Positions 47,758 through 49,540 of a stretch of 49,540 bases of DNA are shown here, one piece after another (the first letter of the stretch is position 1; each line of letters opens with the position of its first letter). The DNA is from Candidatus Microgenomates bacterium (lineage in GTDB: Bacteria; Patescibacteriota; Microgenomatia; UBA8517). A model generated the notes under the pieces. The model was not told where the DNA came from and did no database searches. It saw only the letters and a program-made list of their open reading frames with translations. The stretch covers positions 1 through 49,540 of the forward strand of contig JADHUT010000004.1 in NCBI GenBank assembly GCA_016784385.1, given 5' to 3'. The translations under genes were made by a program, and so were the position numbers.

Positions 47758-48150
47758 TCATATAGCCAGCCTTGCGCGAATTTCAACATCATCATACAAG
47801 TCTTTTGCTTGTTGATACAAGAGTTGGGTTATGTGTAAATACTCTTTGTAAATTTTCTTCTCCTTTTTGCTTAAGTTCTTTGTGTTTCTCATACTATCTC
47901 TTAAAGATATTTCTTTATATAATCCCAGAGCTTGTCTATATGTATAGTTTGCATGGCGGAATGCATACTTATTGGGAATTCTTTTTAACCAATCTTTTTC
48001 AGTTTCATCACTTTTAACAATTGGCGCAGAATCAAAAAAAATATTAATACGATACAAAACTCTGTCAAATTTTCTTAAGAAACGCGGAAAATGGAAATTT
48101 TGAAACAAAAAACTTCTGTATCTGATTTGTCTTTTTATCCTATTTTCCAT
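47758..48150 (-). CDS. Hypothetical protein
   Basis: 130-aa basic ORF, TGcTAGGAT 6 nt before ATG. Confidence 0.55.
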   Translation of the reverse strand: MENRIKRQIRYRSFLFQNFHFPRFLRKFDRVLYRINIFFDSAPIVKSDETEKDWLKRIPNKYAFRHANYTYRQALGLYKEISLRDSMRNTKNLSKKEKKIYKEYLHITQLLYQQAKDLYDDVEIRARLAI

Positions 48151-48197
48151 CCCACAATCCTAGCACAAAATGGGATTAGGTAGTAAAATATATCGGG

Positions 48198-49402
48198 ATG
48201 AGAGAATCTATAGAAAAATACATTCAAGATATAAGCAAAAAATTTAGACATGAGGAAACTAGCGAGATGGGTTACAGATCAGAATTCGAATTATTACTTC
48301 AAAAGATATTTGAGTCAATAAAAATTAGAAGGATTGACCACGATGCCAAATCAAAAGAAGGAAATAAACCTGATTTTGCAGTATTGAGCGGTGATATTCC
48401 ACTTGTTTATATAGAGACTAAAAATATTGGAATTTCACTTGATAAAATTGAAAAGTCAGAACAAATGAGTCGTTACTTTGGCTATTCAAATTTGGTACTT
48501 ACAGACTATCTTGAGTTTAGATTTTATAGAAATGGTCTTCCATATGGAGAACCTGTAAAAATTGCTGATTATGACATTAAAAATAGGTCGATCAATCCGA
48601 TCAGTGAAAATTACGAATTACTTGCAAAAACGCTTTTAGAATTTACTCAAAGTTACAAAGAACCCATCAAGTCAGGTAAACACTTATCTAAGATAATGGG
48701 CGGAAAAGCTCAAAGAATGAGAGACAACATCAGACAGTTCTACTCTTTAGAAAAAGACAGTAACACTGATCTAATACGACTATATGAAACCATTAAAAAA
48801 CTACTTGTTCACAATCTTACAATCGAATCTTTTTCCGACATGTACTCCCAGACCCTTGTTTATGGCTTATTTGTGGCACGATATCATGACAAAACCTTGG
48901 GGAATTTTTCAAGACATGAGGCAAGAGAACTAATACCCAATTCAAATCCTCTATTAAGGCATTTCTTTGATCACATTGTGGGGGCCGATTTTGACAAACG
49001 ACTTAAATATATAGTTGATGAGTTGTGCTCTATTTTTTCACACACCAATATTAAACAATTAATGAAGGAATATTTTAAAGAAGATTTATGGGGAGAAACA
49101 CATAAAGGCCCGGATCCAGTTATCCATTTTTATGAAGACTTTCTAGAAGAATATGATCCTATTCTCAAGAAGAAAATGGGTGCTTATTATACACCACTTT
49201 CTGTTGTTAATTTTATGATCAAATCAGTAGATTCAATTCTTAAAGAAGATTTCAATTTATCTGCTGGGTTAGCTGATACTTCTAAGACAAAGGAAGGTTT
49301 ACATAAAGTTCAAGTTTTAGATCCTGCAACAGGTACGGGGACTTTTATTAGTGCCATTATTGGAAAAATATATAAAGAACATTTTGTAGACAAGGGACAA
49401 AA
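48198..49402 (+). pseudogene. Type ISP/IIG-like restriction-modification N6-adenine methyltransferase, N-terminal part, interrupted
   Basis: PD..ETK nuclease-like N-terminus, FSDMYSQTLVYGLF, FYEDFL..YD, GAYYTP, LDPATGTGTF; no NPPY before foreign DNA begins. Confidence 0.8.
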
Positions 49403-49540
49403 TGTCAAGTACCCCTTTTGTTGTACACACTTTCTAAACGAGTGTGTGTTTAGAAAGTGTGTATCTGTTTGAAGGATAACGGTGGCATTTTTAGTACGGT
49501 GTGAATTCTAAAGGTATTGTACTTAACAATTGTTGTATGT
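49403..49540 (-). mobile_element. End of an IS3-family element (continues beyond the window)
   Basis: Begins TGTCAAGTACCC; minus-strand frame ...HTTIVKYNTFRIHTVLKMPPLSFKQIHTF* (stop 49450-49452) matches the YNxxRxHxxL..P integrase-core C-terminus. Confidence 0.72.

Overview
AT-rich, gene-dense bacterial chromosomal window. Gene content and order suggest a Patescibacteria/CPR (probably Microgenomates-like) genome, but this is inference. It holds an expanded cell-wall/division (dcw) cluster: PBP, murA/E/C/B/D/I/F, femAB-like, mraY, ftsW, murG, ftsQ/A/Z and rodA. Embedded in it is an amino-sugar block (glmU-like, glmR/yvcK, glmS, nagB). It continues with rplU-rpmA-parB, lepB, an IMPDH/GMP reductase, tRNA-Val(CAC), a surface-glycan locus and an accessory tail ending in a type ISP-like methyltransferase cut by an IS3-family element. 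Main discoveries, none shown by the ORF track: (1) a family of tiny 27-34 bp TAA-flanked double-hairpin elements with covarying stems, present as a 5-unit tandem array in the murC promoter region and as clean in-frame 27-bp insertions inside murC, murD and rplU, plus a 15-bp single-hairpin relative in femAB; (2) a complete variant glmS ribozyme with two extra hairpins upstream of glmS; (3) pervasive leaderless architecture (-10 box 5-7 nt before the start codon); (4) a decayed MNT-HEPN toxin-antitoxin pair, an IS30 whose transposase appears to start at ATT, and a Cys-to-Asp (fosfomycin-insensitive type) MurA.
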